In this document: piece after piece, positions 13,996 through 27,800 of the stretch | How positions within the stretch are numbered: the first letter of the stretch is position 1 | Layout of the letters: every line of letters begins with the position of its first letter | Origin: Pecten maximus | Lineage: Eukaryota | Length of the DNA stretch: 64,000 nucleotides | Direction: 5' to 3' | Assembly (NCBI RefSeq): GCF_902652985.1 | Contig: NC_047017.1 | Span: forward strand, 41,478,001 to 41,542,000 | Translations under genes and position numbers: made by a program | The notes under the pieces: generated by a model | What the model was told of the DNA's origin: nothing | The model's input: the letters and a program-made list of their open reading frames with translations, nothing else | The model's database searches: none

Positions 13996-14239
13996 GTAAG
14001 TACATGTCCCCGTTGTGTGATTGGTGTCAGTAGAAATACATTGTATTAGCAATGATTAATAATTCAAATATATAGCTTTATTTACACATTGTACTTCCTG
14101 ATTTAAACTGTAATGATATATGATCCTCTTATGTAAAGTTGGAAACCGGATGTTACCGGTCAGGATCAGGTCTGGGTTGGTGTGCAGTTACCTAGCTACC
14201 ATGGTTGGAAAACAACTTAGGGGCAACACATAGGTTACA

Positions 14240-14605
14240 ATCAGTCACGTTTTATAAGGATACACAAATAGTATTTGTGTTTTAAAGGGGCAAACAAATA
14301 GTATTGACGTTTGATAGGAACACATAGAATTCACGTTTCATAGAACGCACAGTATTAATGTATTTTTAATGACGCAAACAAGTCACATGTTATTGGAACT
14401 CACGGAATTCATGTTTTATATTGACACACAGTATTCACGTTTGATAGGGACACACAGTATCCTTGTTTTATAATGACACAGTATTCACGTTTTAAAGGGA
14501 CGCAGTATCCTCGTTTTATAATGACACACAGTATTCGCGTTTTATAGAACCCACAGTATTCACGTTATATAGAACACCCAGAATCCATGTTTTACAGGGA
14601 CACGT
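14240..14605. repeat. Old degenerate ~25-28-bp tandem array
   Basis: Recurring cacagtattcacgttttatagg-like units. Confidence 0.75.
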
Positions 14606-15139
14606 AGCTTATGTAGACTATAATATATTACCATTATTGCCGAAACCCATCGTTTTCATATTCCTCGTTGTTTCAATAAAGTTCAGTATAAGAACCACGA
14701 AATCAGCCTGTTAATAGCGATATGTTTATGGATTCGCCATAAACTATACAGCTAAGAACAATAGCGTCATGTTCTGAAAATAAAAATTATAAACTATTCA
14801 TGAGTAAAACGAAACTAAAATAGACAATGCAGCTGGCAGTTTTACACAGAAATATTGATTAGAGTGGTGTCTATGTCGTTCACCCAGATAGGTGCATCTC
14901 GTCACCACCCGTCCAGTCAGGCGGCACGCGCAAAGTCTATACAAAAAAATCATGTTATCGCGAAATGCCAACCCGTCTATCAATAACATATTGGTAACTT
15001 ACATGATAAGTATTACATTTGCTACTCTAATCGATTTCAGTGGTATTTCATCTAACTATAATTGGGAACATATGTTTAAACTGCCTTGATATGATTAACT
15101 CGTTGATGTTATAAAACATTAACCTGATGCCATATATTT

Positions 15140-15329
15140 TGTAAATCAAGTTCACACACTATGTCAGACTTTGAGCAAGGACGGAAGATCAAAATATGAG
15201 ATGAGGACATCTGGACAGGGCAGACTGTCATTGTCAGACAGGTGACTCCAGTCTTTAAACGTCTGATAGGAGAATCGAACCCCAGCCGCCTTGGTGAAAG
15301 GCAGCTGTGTTCCACCACCAAACCATCCA
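15140..15329 (-). mobile_element. tRNA-derived SINE remnant (head and part of body)
   Basis: Minus strand reads TGGTTTGGTGG (A-box-like, 15315-15325), then gcctttcaccaaggcggc, then GGTTCGATTCT (B-box-like, 15271-15281). No good cloverleaf. 3' boundary approximate. Confidence 0.6.
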
Positions 15330-15442
15330 TTGCATTTCATGTAATAGTATAGGATTTAATATCATGACACTGTTATTGATAAAAAGTTGTCCATTACATA
15401 GTATGCTAGATACACAGAGAACGTGGTCATCGTCTTCATGTA

Positions 15443-15776
15443 AGATCTGGTATGGACAGATTCAGGAAACCTATATCAGGTTCGGACAGATTCAGGAAAA
15501 CCTAGATCAGGTTCGGACAGATTCAGGAAAAACCTAGATCAGGTTCGGACAGATTCCGGAAAACCTAGATCTGATACGGACAGATTCCGGAAAACCTTGA
15601 TCTGGTATGGACAGATTCAGGAAAACCTAGATCAGTTCGGACAGATTTCGGAAAACCTAGATCAGGTTCGGACTGATTCCGGAAATCCTAGATATGGTAC
15701 GGACAGATTCCGGAAAACCTAGATCCTGTACGGACAGATTCCGGTAAACCTTGAACTGGTATGGACAGATTCCGGT
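15443..15776. repeat. 31-bp tandem array, ~11 copies
   Basis: Unit cggacagattc(a/c)ggaaaacctagatcaggtt. Confidence 0.93.
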
Positions 15777-16882
15777 TTCCATGGTACGAACAGGTACTTA
15801 TTTATCTACTCACTTGTAGTTGTGACGACAATGGCGTACATTGCAAACATTTTTTTAAGCAACAAAACGCTACCCGTAACGCCTCGTCAATATCTGCCGC
15901 TAGGCAAATGATACAAATAAACCAGAGAGCAATCGAAATATTCACTACAAATTAGTGTTGATAGGTCAATCAACCAACGAACAATGCGATTTTCATTTTA
16001 TGGAAAGTACGCACGTACCATGTGCGTCACGTGATCGCCTGACATGCTCAGGCAGGTGCTTTTATTAATTCAGAAGCAATGAGTACCCCTCTTTAGTGTG
16101 ATGATTATACTTTGTACTTACCGGGACACATGCAACATTATGTCGACTAGTCCAAGGTCTGATTTGTTATTTATATCGGGTCATAAATACATGTACAGCC
16201 TTCGGCATGTGTTTTTTGTGGATCTTAGTTTACTCGGGGTGGACGTACTCTTAATTGATATCACTTTATTATCAGGACATTAAGTTGACCTTTAACGATT
16301 TCTGAAGTCAGATCACCATTTCTCAGTAACCTGAAGGGTCAAAACATATGTTAAATAAATAAATGTTCCTTCGATCCAATCTCATTTTGATTAGTCAAAA
16401 ACATACTCTGAAAGGGTCTACCGTAAGCCCTGATAATGTGTTATGAAAAATGGAATGGATGAAACTTTTCCGTCAAAAGTGGACATACAAATGGTATATT
16501 TTTATCGTGAATATCGGAGATAATATGACGTTATAAAGACATTATAGTGGTATTTATGTAAAGTTTAGCTGCATATCGCATCCTTTTAGCAGGTACAGTG
16601 TTTGGCTGGAATGTCTTGAACGCCGTAGCTATTACAAATGGTATATACATTGTAGCTGTTACATATGGTATATAACTGTTACATATGGTATATAGCTGTT
16701 ACATATGGTATATAGCTGTTACATATGGTATATCATATAAACATAATGCGTTTGGTTTTCCTTAACTATACGCATAAGGTATATCTTGAGTTGTTACCCG
16801 ACTCTCTATAAAAATGTAAATGAAGTTATGCAATAATATAATGAAGTTATACATTATATCATTTTTTTATAATGAAGTTATA

Positions 16883-17718
16883 GATCATCTTTCTTACCGT
16901 CAGCTGTAGAATTATGGATCTCCGTACCTCCAGAAATCAGAAATAACCCTTCAATGACAATCTTCAAAAAATTCCTTAATAGAAATCTTACACGTCCTCC
17001 TTCACACAGAAACTATGGAAAACGTAAATTGCAAATTTTACACACCAGACTTCGCTTACATTGCAGTACATTAAAAGAACATTTGTCCAATAGAAACTTA
17101 TTTGACAGCCCGTTTTGTACGTGTGGATATATTGAATACAACTTTCATTTCCTCTTCATGTGTGAAAAATATCAAAATCAAAGAAAACAGTTCATTTTTA
17201 CCCTAGATATGGACTTAAACACCGATATACTGTTATGAGGACACCAAAACTTATCTGATGAAGTAAAATGAAACAATTGTTGCTGCGGTGCAGACTTTTA
17301 TTCTTTATTCTAAAAGGTTTGACTAAAAGGAATCAGAATATATATCATAGTTAACCCCCAGTAAAAAACCAAATTGAAGCTATGAATGTGATAGTTATGT
17401 ATCAATGTAAAATATTCAAACAACTCTCAACAAATTTTAGTTATATATGTTCCACCAATGTTCTTTAACTGACATTTCATTCCTTGAATGTACATATTAT
17501 GTTTTAATACATTTTCATTTATAGAACTACATATATAAATTGTAAAATGATTAAGTAGTGTTGTGAATCGACCACTATGCTACATAAAATTATGCTGACC
17601 TTTTAAGGGAGATCTAAGCTTTAAGCTTGTTTCCAGATCCTTTTGCAAATTATGAACTGATATTTGGTATTTTTGTATGCAATGTCTATGAATTAAATGA
17701 AATACGGTTTAAACTAAA
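16883..17718 (+). mobile_element. 5'-truncated LINE (CR1/L2-group-like) ORF2 C-terminus and 3' UTR
   Basis: SSFLPSAVELW...ILHTRLRLHCSTLKEHL...SPFCTCGYIEYNFHFLFMCEKY: post-RT region with CCHC-type motif, in-frame stops downstream. Ends in a ...gtttaaactaaa tail. Confidence 0.8.
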
Positions 17719-17719
17719 T

Positions 17720-18702
17720 AGGTAGATATTCATTGTATGTGCAACGTTAAACAGCAGAAATGAACTATTGGCTGAACATTTTAAAAACTAATAATTGTGT
17801 TTTAAAATCATCTTATACGCACAACAATAACAAATTGTAAAAGTAATTGGGTATATCACATTAAAATGAGCTTTGTAGTTTGGATTGTGGTTATATTTGG
17901 AATAGCCAATACGTTTTAAATGAAAATCATTTTATGCAAATGTCCAACGTGTTTATTATGTTTTTATTCAAAAAATACGCAGTACGTTTTAAACATCTTC
18001 GAAATTTTATTTATACAAACATATTGTGGATACCTTCAATACTGAATTTGATCTTATTAAACCAATTGTTTATAGATTAAAAAAAAGTTATTGAGTCAAT
18101 TCCATATGCAAGGACACAGTCTTAATATTGAATTTGGGCGCTACAATAAAATACCTAGAAGTCAACGAATTTGCACAGTTTGTGACAAAAATGACGTCGA
18201 GGACGAATTACATTTTGTGCTTCTTTGTCCTGCATATTCAGAATTAAGTAAAAACATACATCGAAGAGTATCATTATTGCCGTCCAAGTGTATATAAATT
18301 AATTGAATGTTCCAGTGAAAGTGTTAAAACTTTGAATAGATTGGGTAAATTTTTGTTACATGCCACGGCAGAAAGAAAAACTCTCTTCGTAAGTAATTAA
18401 ATTAAATATGTCTTAGAAAATAAGTTCCAGTTTTCATGTTTATTGTTTTAGTTTAGAAATAAGTTACTTATACTGAATTGTATACATTGACATGCCAATC
18501 TTACGTAAATGCTGAGTTGATATGCATCAGTTACAAGTTCTCAGAATTAATATGTAATTCATTTTCGATTATGTGTCGTAATTACATTGCTGGTGTTATG
18601 TCCTCCACTATCTTGTCGTTCAATTTGCAGTATGTATACAAACATATGAATATTTTGTTATCATATATGCTGTGTTGCATTTGGAAATAAATTGAATTGA
18701 AT
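17720..18702 (+). mobile_element. Decayed 5'-truncated LINE (RTE-X-like) ORF2 C-terminus and 3' UTR
   Basis: GYIWNSQ...HSLNIEFGRYNKIPRSQRICTVCDKNDVEDELHFVLLCPAYSEL (C-x2-C..ED..H...C motif), frameshifted. Ends aaataaattgaattgaat. Clade assignment from memory of the motif. Confidence 0.8.
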
Positions 18703-21351
18703 ACAATGACGTAATGAAGTTATAACAATAATATAATGAAGTTATTACAATGGTATAATGAAGTTATTACAATGGTATCATGAAGTTATTACAAATGGTA
18801 TAATGAAGTTAATACAATGGTATAATGAAGTTATTATAATAATATAACGAAGTTTTTACAATAATATAATAAACTTGTACAATTATATCATGGTATTTGT
18901 ATATAATAAAATGACGGAATGGTTTAACGATAAAATGTCGATTACACTAAATCATACAGTGACGAAAGCATATACTAATATAATGTTGAAACTAAATAAT
19001 ATAACGAAACATCAAATCATTTATTGATGATATCGAATGATATAACTACAAAACCAAATCATATAACGACAACAACGTACTAATATAGTATAGTGGAGTA
19101 ACCGAATCAAAACACAACAGTATTTAATCACATTATGACGAAAGTATATAACGGTAAAGTCAAAATATATACTGGTGAAAGTATTCAATCCAGTTTCAGA
19201 ACCATATAAAATTGAAACCAAATCATTGCTGATATCGAATAATACATTGATAAAATCAAATAATAGAATATGACATTATATATTATAACGATGAAATCAT
19301 ACAATATCATGGTATTAAATCATACATTACTGATATCAAATAATATGTTGATTGAATCAAATAATATGTTGATGGAATCAAATTATATATATCGATGGAA
19401 TCAAATAATATATTGATGAAATCATATAATATAAAGATGATTTCTATCCCTCACAGTATTTTCATGTTAAAGGTGACAGATATGGCGTTTCATATATGTC
19501 CGTCACGCCGTCTTGTTGCTCGTTACAGCGGTGGTACGTAATTTGTCCATTGCATTGACTTTGGTCTGTTTTATGACACATCCTTGGGCACGCATGCGTA
19601 TTGCGGAGCCTCCTTTTCAGATATCGTGGAACAGACGTTCTGAGGGCTCGTTTTATTACGGCGTGTAAAGCTCTTTAAAACGTGGTTTATATTTGAACTC
19701 TACAGAGCTATATATAACTCAATTGGAACTGTTATGTTGCCGATAAAATATCTGCTAGCGAATAGCTTATACTAAAACTTCTGTCTCTGAAATACGATAT
19801 ATTTGAAAATACGACATAAAAATCTCTGGAGAACCTCGGAGATAAGAATTAGAGAATTCTCCTGTCTGTAGACCGATTTAGGAGCATTGTCAGAACAGTT
19901 TTATTATTTGTTTAGAAATTCATCATACTCAACGGTTACCACTGATTGTTTTCCGATGCATCCACCTACTTATTGGTATTGTCTGAGCCAAGGGAATAAC
20001 GGTTTCTTGTTGGAAGAAACTTACCTAGAATGTATTTGAGCAAACTTCTTTGGCTTATTTTTTCGGCAAATTTATTTTTTAACAAAGTTGAATTTATAAA
20101 TTGATCTTTTAAACATATATTCGGCTTTGTACCCTATTTCTATCAAACAGTAAGTTTCAGAAGGAAGGTTCGTCTGCTGCGTCGTTCCCTGTTCGATCAG
20201 CTTTCGTTATTGATACAAACACAGTGTTATGTTAAGGGATAATAGACAATGGCTTAGCCAACATTCTTCTACAAAATAAGATTCCACAATCCCACAAGAT
20301 CTATTTCAGAGGTCAAGAGACCTTGCTGTTTAGTCATTGGCATGCTAGCATTAGTGCATAGTGGTGAATGACTTCTAGTATTTTTTAGTGAATTAACATT
20401 AGACAGACTTTTTACTCTCCATATTGCCTCAATTCATACTCACAATTAAAACCATTCACTAGCTCTCAATAAGCCCCGATGATTAAATACAGGTACTTTT
20501 TTGGATCTCACATTCAATTTATTTTCTTGCCTCTTTGAGCAAAGTATGAACCCCTTTCCGCTGAAATCTATTGACTAAGTGTAGTGTTATCTACCTCCCC
20601 AATGACATGTATCAAGTTTATGCTATACTATACACACCGTCTCCATTCACAGTTTGAATTGAACCTAAGTCCAACACAAATATGGTGCTGTAGTAAATCA
20701 ATGATGAAAGAGTGTGACAGGTATTGTCTTAGTAGAGCGACTTAGTACACTTGGTTAACCGGCTACCATCAATGGCTCGATTATATCAGTCGCAGATTCT
20801 TAGTCGGTGCATGGTATGGTATGTGGACACATCATCCAAGTCGTTATGGGGTGAGAATTATGAGGCAATATCGATGGACAGATTGCCAGACAGCCTACTC
20901 TTGGCACTTAGCAATTTCAAAAATGAAATATTTTCTCCCAAATCCGAAAATTCAAAACATATGTCATGTCTCTCCTAACCAAGTAGAAACAACAGAGAAT
21001 TCGAGTTCAAAATTGATAAAACGAGGAGAAAATAACAATAAATAAATTTTGATCGAGGAGACCCTTGAAAGAGTGTAAGGAGAACAAAACCGCCAGAAGC
21101 GTCTTCGGCTTACACGACGAAACCAGCCATACAAATCTAGGTCAAATTAATCCAGGTAAAGTCACATGCTCAAAATGAAATGATAATTAAGGTGATGACA
21201 ATTGAATCACTAGGCATATCAAAAAGTATTGAACACGTCCGAATTCATACAAAAATTAGAAAATTTCCTCCAGATAAGATCATGACGTCATGGTCTTCAT
21301 CAACCCGTATCTCTCGGAACCCCGTGTTGTTCATTGTCTCTTCAGTAGTCA

Positions 21352-21506
21352 ATATCTGTCATGTAAGGCGTGATAATGGTAACATTGGATATCTGTCACG
21401 TAAGTCGTGATAATGGTAACATTGGATATCTGTCACGTAAGTCGTGATAATGGTCACATTGGATATCTGTCACGTAAGTCGTGATAATGGTAACATTGGA
21501 TATCTG
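21352..21506. repeat. 37-bp tandem array, ~4 copies
   Basis: Unit atatctgtcacgtaagtcgtgataatggtaacattgg. Confidence 0.92.
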
Positions 21507-22287
21507 GGACATGTAAACACCGTAGGTAGGAGATGCAGGCGTTTTGCTACATCTGCCCAGAAATAATTAACCATAGAGAAATTGAAATCATCATGCTTAT
21601 AATACAGATTAGTTGAAAGCTGTCCCTATTGGTTACGCTGTAAGTAAAGATCGAGGTAAGCGCCTGATGTTGAAGAGTCTGAATAATAAAATGACAAAGA
21701 AAAATGGAAGAGTTTCCATGGACAAAAACTGCGAACATACTGTTTCCATAACATCCTGTTCCGGATGGTTTTTACAACTTGACGTAGTACTTAGTTACCA
21801 AGTCGTACCCTTTCCCTCACACAACACGGTAAACAGCGATAATCTAGTTCTTCACTCTTCTGTGTCCCTATGTTGTTTCCACATCGATCCCGTCGCTTTG
21901 TTTTGTTTATCTCCAGTTGAAAGACATACCTAGTCTGAACTTTCCGATAATTGATATAGGCATGCCAGGAACCGCTCCATATAAAAGAAGTGTGGTTCTC
22001 CTTTCATCTGTTTTATCCCACTTGACATTTCGTAATATCGATTTACCCATCCGTGTTTGTCCGCCGCCATGACACCCCCGGCCAGGCGGATCTATCGGGT
22101 TGATTTAGTCGTTTAACGGTTATCGCATATCGATCCAATGCTGCTATGATCTATATATTCATTGATCATAATGTCTATCTCATGTACACACTATATCTAG
22201 TGTACTACAGTGGTGTGCTGGGTGAATGCCACCTCTAAAGGAATATGGCGAAGTAAGTTTACAGATCAGCATATACTCGTAAGCTCT

Positions 22288-23011
22288 AAACAAAAAGGGT
22301 AAACAAAAGCGGTAAAGAATTGTCGTGCGAGAGACATAAACAAAGAGGATAGAGAGAAATGGCGTGCGAGAGACATTAACAATTTAAGGGGGTAGAGAAT
22401 AGGTGTGCGAAAGACAAAAAAATGGGCAAAGTAAAGGCGTGCAAAGACATTATCAAAAGGGGTAGAGAAATGGCGTGCGAGAGACATAAACAAAAGGGTA
22501 GAGAAATGGCGTGCGAGAGACATAAACAAAAGAAGGAAAAAGAATAGGTGTGCGAGAGACAAAAACAAAAGAGGGAAAAGAATAGGCGACCCAGAGACAT
22601 AAACAAAGGGTAAAGAATAGGCGACCCAGAGACATAAACAAAAGAGGGAAAAGAATAGGCGACCCAGAGACATAAACAAAAGAAGGAAAAGAATAGGCGA
22701 CCCAGAGACATAAACAAAAGAGGGAAAAGAATAGGCGACCCAGAGACATAAACAAAAGGGTAAAGAATAGGCGACCCAGAGACATAAACAAAAGAGGGAA
22801 AAGAATAGGCGACCCAGAGACATAAACAAAAGAGGGAAAAGAATAGGCGACCCAGAGACATAAACAAAAGAAGGAAAAGAATAGGCGACCCAGAGACATA
22901 AACAAAAGAAGGAAAAGAATAGGCAACCCAGAGACATAAACAAAAGAGGTAAAGAATAGGCGTGCGAGAGACAAAAACAAAAGAGGGAAAATAATAGGCG
23001 ACCTAGAGACA
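22288..23011. repeat. 35-38-bp purine-rich minisatellite, ~19 copies
   Basis: Unit gagacataaacaaaagagggaaaagaataggcgaccca. Confidence 0.95.
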
Positions 23012-24934
23012 TTGGGCATAAATAAGGGAGGAAAAGGAAGTATGAGGAGAAAACCGTATAGACTGTATAATTACACTTCTATTAGTAAATCTGGGCCCAT
23101 ATTGATCCATAGCTAAATGATTTTTACCGCAAACATTCCAAAGTAAGCGTAATTCCCACAGTTGACCTTAACAGCGGAGTATTGACGGTTTTGTTTTGAC
23201 ATTGGTTTGTTAGAATGGTAGCCCTGTTCCTTTGGTTAGTCATGTGATTCACGTGTTTACACACAGCGGTACCATTGCTTAAAGTCTATGTGTTCAATAG
23301 AAAGTGATAGGAGCATCATTAGAGTCCATTGTCCAGTTGAATACTTGCTCTAACAGTGTGATAATTATGAATTATGGAGTCGAGTCCATCTAACGTTAAT
23401 GGTCCATCTAAGTCATCAGCGTGGTAACCATGGTTTGTTTACACGCGATGCCGTGATATAACATCCGATATGAAAATGGCACGCGGAATGTTTATATCAG
23501 TTATTTGTAGATCGATATGAACAACAATGCCATTATTTTTACTGTATTTCTTGTATACAAAGTTATGTAATATACCGATCGTCTCAACATCCACACCGAA
23601 TGTGTTTAAATTAAAATTTAACACACCATAGTATGAAAGACAATTTGTATTCAATTTATTTTCAAAATAATGACATAATCTGTATCAGTGAAACGCTTTG
23701 TACGTGACTGTATCCCTTTAGAGTTGTTCGCGACCCTGTAACTGACCCCGAGATTGACGCTTTTGCCTGTGATACCGACATAAACGAACACACTCTAGTA
23801 TTTCCTTTGTACCCCCTGGGTTAACCAAAATGTTCTTATATGGACTACGAGAACGCTCATATCTTGTCATCAAAGTCAATTATAGGTGAACACGGAGTGG
23901 GTCGACGTGCCATGTTGGAAATCAAGACAAAGAACGACAAAGATTTGCAGTAAACCGTCAGTGTGGTATTTTAGATTACTTTTCAAGGTTGATTAAATAA
24001 TCCTTTCTGGTTAAAGCAGTCATTACAAAGGTCAACTGACACGAGAATGTCACTTCTGTACTAATGAAAGGTGGTCGTCATTAATAATTCCGACTTGTTT
24101 ACTATTTCGGTTAAAACAGATCTCAGGTGGCCTTTGTTGTATAACACCGGGTTCATTATGTGATTACAGTGGTGGACTTTAGAGCGGATACCAGCGGGGA
24201 CACGACCGCCCGCATGCTAACAGAACGCGAAGAACCTGAGAAGAACTTTTACTGCAGAATAATGTGTTAAGGCGTTTCACCAATCTTCGTTTAAATAAGG
24301 CCGCGTCTTAAGAGTCACGCTCTGCCATTAAAACGACCTAACTGATTGTCATGGTTAAATAAATCACCAGTTGTTCATATTTGTCACATGCATATGCTTT
24401 TATTTATTAAATTGTGTGTGTATTCAAATGGTATTGAGTTCTAGTACTTTTAGAAATGATCTGAACTGTTTATCAGTAGTTACATACCTATATGTGTCAA
24501 TTAAAAGGATAACACATACAGCTTTTAATATGATTGATTGGGTATAAATATAGGAGAAAAAACTCACGGACCGACATACTAGCGGCTTTCAAAAAGAAAA
24601 AAAAAACCTGATTGTAACTAAAGTAATTTTGGTATATCTTTTATTTGCATTCAATTAATAATTATAAAATAATTCTAATACATTAGACTTACATGTATTA
24701 TCAATACACAGTAATTCATTTTCGCTTCAATCACAGAAAGGTTTTATCCTTGTTAACAATTACGGTGTTGAGTATTACATTGGTGTGAGTTAAGTCTGTC
24801 ACTTATGATACTGACAAGCGAGATTTGTTCGTCACTCACTAAAACATTAAACAGAGTTTGTAAATTATATTTCACCTCAAGAAATGTTCCATCTGCAATA
24901 CCAAAGGGTAGTTTTCAGTAAACAATAACTAGTC

Positions 24935-25275
24935 TTAAAGGCAGACCTATCAAATCTTGTTCATAAACTTTTGTAGTTGGTCCCTGACTTAGGTTAACTA
25001 AAAACATCGTTTTTTTTATATTTAGTATTTACGTACAAAATGTATATGGAAAACAATGCTTTTTAACCATCGTGTACTGGTTGACTTTCAAAACCTTGTG
25101 ATAAAGTTCACCGAAAAATTGAGCAAAAGAACAAAATATTTTAGACTCAAGTACCTTTCAAAGCCAATTGAGAGTAAGATACAACAGAGCCAAATGAACT
25201 GTGTCGTACAGCTGTTCCTCCATCTAGACTCGCCAGGGAGGCGACCAAAAACTCGATAAAGGTCGACATCTTTAA
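24935..25275. mobile_element. Possible TTAA-flanked (Kolobok-like) non-autonomous DNA element
   Basis: ttaa|aggcagacctatc ... gataaaggtcgacatct|ttaa: degenerate inverted ends with TTAA on both sides. Confidence 0.35.
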
Positions 25276-27165
25276 CACAGCTTAACCATTGTCCTTCTAT
25301 ATTGTTTAGATACATATTTATACATAAGGTTGTTACTTAACTTGTTATATGTTTTTATAAATTTTAGACATATACATTTGGTTACTTAACTTGTTATGTG
25401 GTTCTATAATATTAAGATAAATATCAAGTTTGTTATCTTGCTGGTAATGTGTTTTTATAATGTTCAGATAATTTTGACCCAAAATCCAATCATGGTATTA
25501 AGACCGTTATAATGTTGTTTGATACTTTATGTAGACCCATGTTAAGTCGGTGTTATAAATAGACAGTATAATATGTTATGTTCATGGATTTAGACATTTA
25601 CCTGGCCACCTCAAACTATCTGCTGAATCATTCTGTATTGTGGGTGAACTTACACTGACAAGGAATGTGTGAAGAGAAACCTAAATGACACTGATAATGT
25701 AATGTAGACACTTGTGGAGTACAAACATATGTGTATATATTAGAAGAAAATTAGCAGAGAACTGTATTATGAAGTTGTATTTTCTCGAATCATTTACCAT
25801 ACAATATATATATAGCTTCCATTATTGATTTGTGTTGGGTATCATTGCTGTAGAACAGCTGGCATACAGCTATCATTATATGGCAGAGTAGAAGGTCATT
25901 AAAATCAAATGAAATTCATCGTCTCATTCATATAACATAACATAATAAGTATCCTATCTATAAACTCCCACATATAATCTTTCTTTTGTGTTGACATATT
26001 TATCTTACAAACATGATTTATATAATTGGTATAGATATGTTCTGACATCAAATGTCGATGTCTAAGAACAGCAGGGAATATCAAAATTTAACAACATTGT
26101 AATTCTAACTCAGATTCAACAAAACGAGGATAAACACGAAAAAAATATAGACTTACAGGGATACCGTTGACAAAGGACCAGGATGATACGATCATGAGGT
26201 CCGAGAGAGTTACCGTCTTCTGCGTCTTTTGAGAAACTGTAGACATATTTTATTGCCATAATTAATTTTAACAAAGAGTTAGGCATAAGTTATTACAACT
26301 TATTGGATCCTTGTCTAATTATACATTTACAATTACACTATTACAATGGAATATGTATAAACACGGAGAAGATTTATATATAATACCAGGTACAAGTATA
26401 CAACATAAAAACACTATCAAGATATATTGATAAATTTGATAAAACTGCACACATCTAAACACTATGGAGTTTAATTCCTATACTCAATGCAGGACAAGAA
26501 ACAGATATAAGGCTCCATAATTTGTAAAATAAAAGATGTTTTCTCTTGATGAAAGGATGAAAACAATCCCTTAGGGTTATAGAAAACATGTTTGTATATT
26601 ATTTGCTGTTATAATACAGGTTTAAACCATTTAAGAAGATTCTATAATTGATTAATCTGCACATTTGAAATAAGGGAAAAAACAACAGCAGTGTATTACC
26701 TAAATAGTTACTTATCTTAGTTCTGGATGGTTCACTTATATGTTAATGAATGTGGTAACGATCATGGATATGTATTTTTCAAAACTGATGTCTGATACTG
26801 ATATGATATCGATATTATACAACGTATGTATTTACTTTGTATTTAGGTTTACATTGAGATATACACTAGTATGTGTTTGATATACAACAACCTACACCAT
26901 TGTTATATATTATATATCTATGTAATAGTCTATTAAGGTATACTAGAGAACGTGTATGTCCAACATTTTAATATTGTAGTTTGTCTGTTATGTCATTGTA
27001 ATATAAGATTTTATACAGTACAGGTATATTCAAAAGGTAAATGTATAGATCATTTTACCTGTAGTGTTATATGTTTGCTAATATTGATTACCGCGTAATG
27101 AATAGTCATCTGGTTAACCATAGTGTATGAAGCTCTATTTACGCCAACGTATAACGTCTAGTCTG

Positions 27166-27800
27166 AAGTCTGTAGAGGATATAGTCCAGTGTCATTGTGT
27201 CTATGTCAAAGTCTGTAGAGGATAGAGTCCAGTGTCATTGAGTCTATGTCTGTAGAGGATATAGTCCAGTGTCATTGTGTCTATGTCTGTAGAGGATATA
27301 GTCCAGTGTCATTGTGTCTATGTCTGTAGAGGATATAGTCCAGTGTCATTGTGTCTATGTCAAAGTCTGTAGAGGATATAGTCCAGAGTCATTGTGTCTA
27401 TGTCTGTAGAGGATATAGTCCAGTGTCATTGTGTCTATGTCAAAGTCTGTAGAGGATATAGTCCAGTGTCATTGTGTCTATGTCTGTAGAGGATATAGTC
27501 CAGTGTCATTGTGTCTATGTCTGTAGAGGATATAGTCCAGTGTCATTGTGTCTATGTCTGTAGAGTATATAGTCCAGTGTCATTGTGTCGATGTCTGTAG
27601 AGGATATAGTCCAGTGTCATTGTGTCTATGACTGTAGAGGATATAGTCCAGTGTCATTGTGTCTATGTCAAAGTCTGTAGAGGATATAGTCCAGTGTCAT
27701 TGTGTCTATGTCTGTAGAGGATATAGTCCAGTGTCATTGTGTCTATGTCTGTAGAGGATATAGTCCAGTGTCATTGTGTCTATGTCAAAGTCTGTAGAGG
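27166..27800. repeat. 37/43-bp minisatellite, ~16 copies
   Basis: Unit gtctgtagaggatatagtccagtgtcattgtgtctat, with or without gtcaaa. Confidence 0.96.

Larger units (their letters stand above)
16614..19494. mobile_element. Foldback/MITE-like element interrupted by two LINE fragments
   Basis: Left end tcttgaacgccgtagctattaca and right end gtgacagatatggcgtttcata are degenerate inverted repeats resembling the ends of the 53564-54829 element. aatgaagttata repeats lie on both sides of the LINE block. Confidence 0.6.

Noticed and set aside
15240-15329. tRNA gene
   Set aside because: A and B boxes are present but there is no acceptor stem, cloverleaf or poly-T terminator; better explained as a SINE head.
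17255-17275. ctgatga...gaaac hammerhead-like core
   Set aside because: No stem II or flanking helices seen; it lies within decayed LINE ORF2 sequence.
21961-22010. ATG CCA GGA (MPG) as eag exon 1
   Set aside because: Continues TAPYKRS with no RRGLVAPQNTF similarity and no suitable donor.
22266-23019. Hydrophobic multi-pass membrane ORFs on the minus strand
   Set aside because: All three frames are open across a pyrimidine-rich minisatellite strand.
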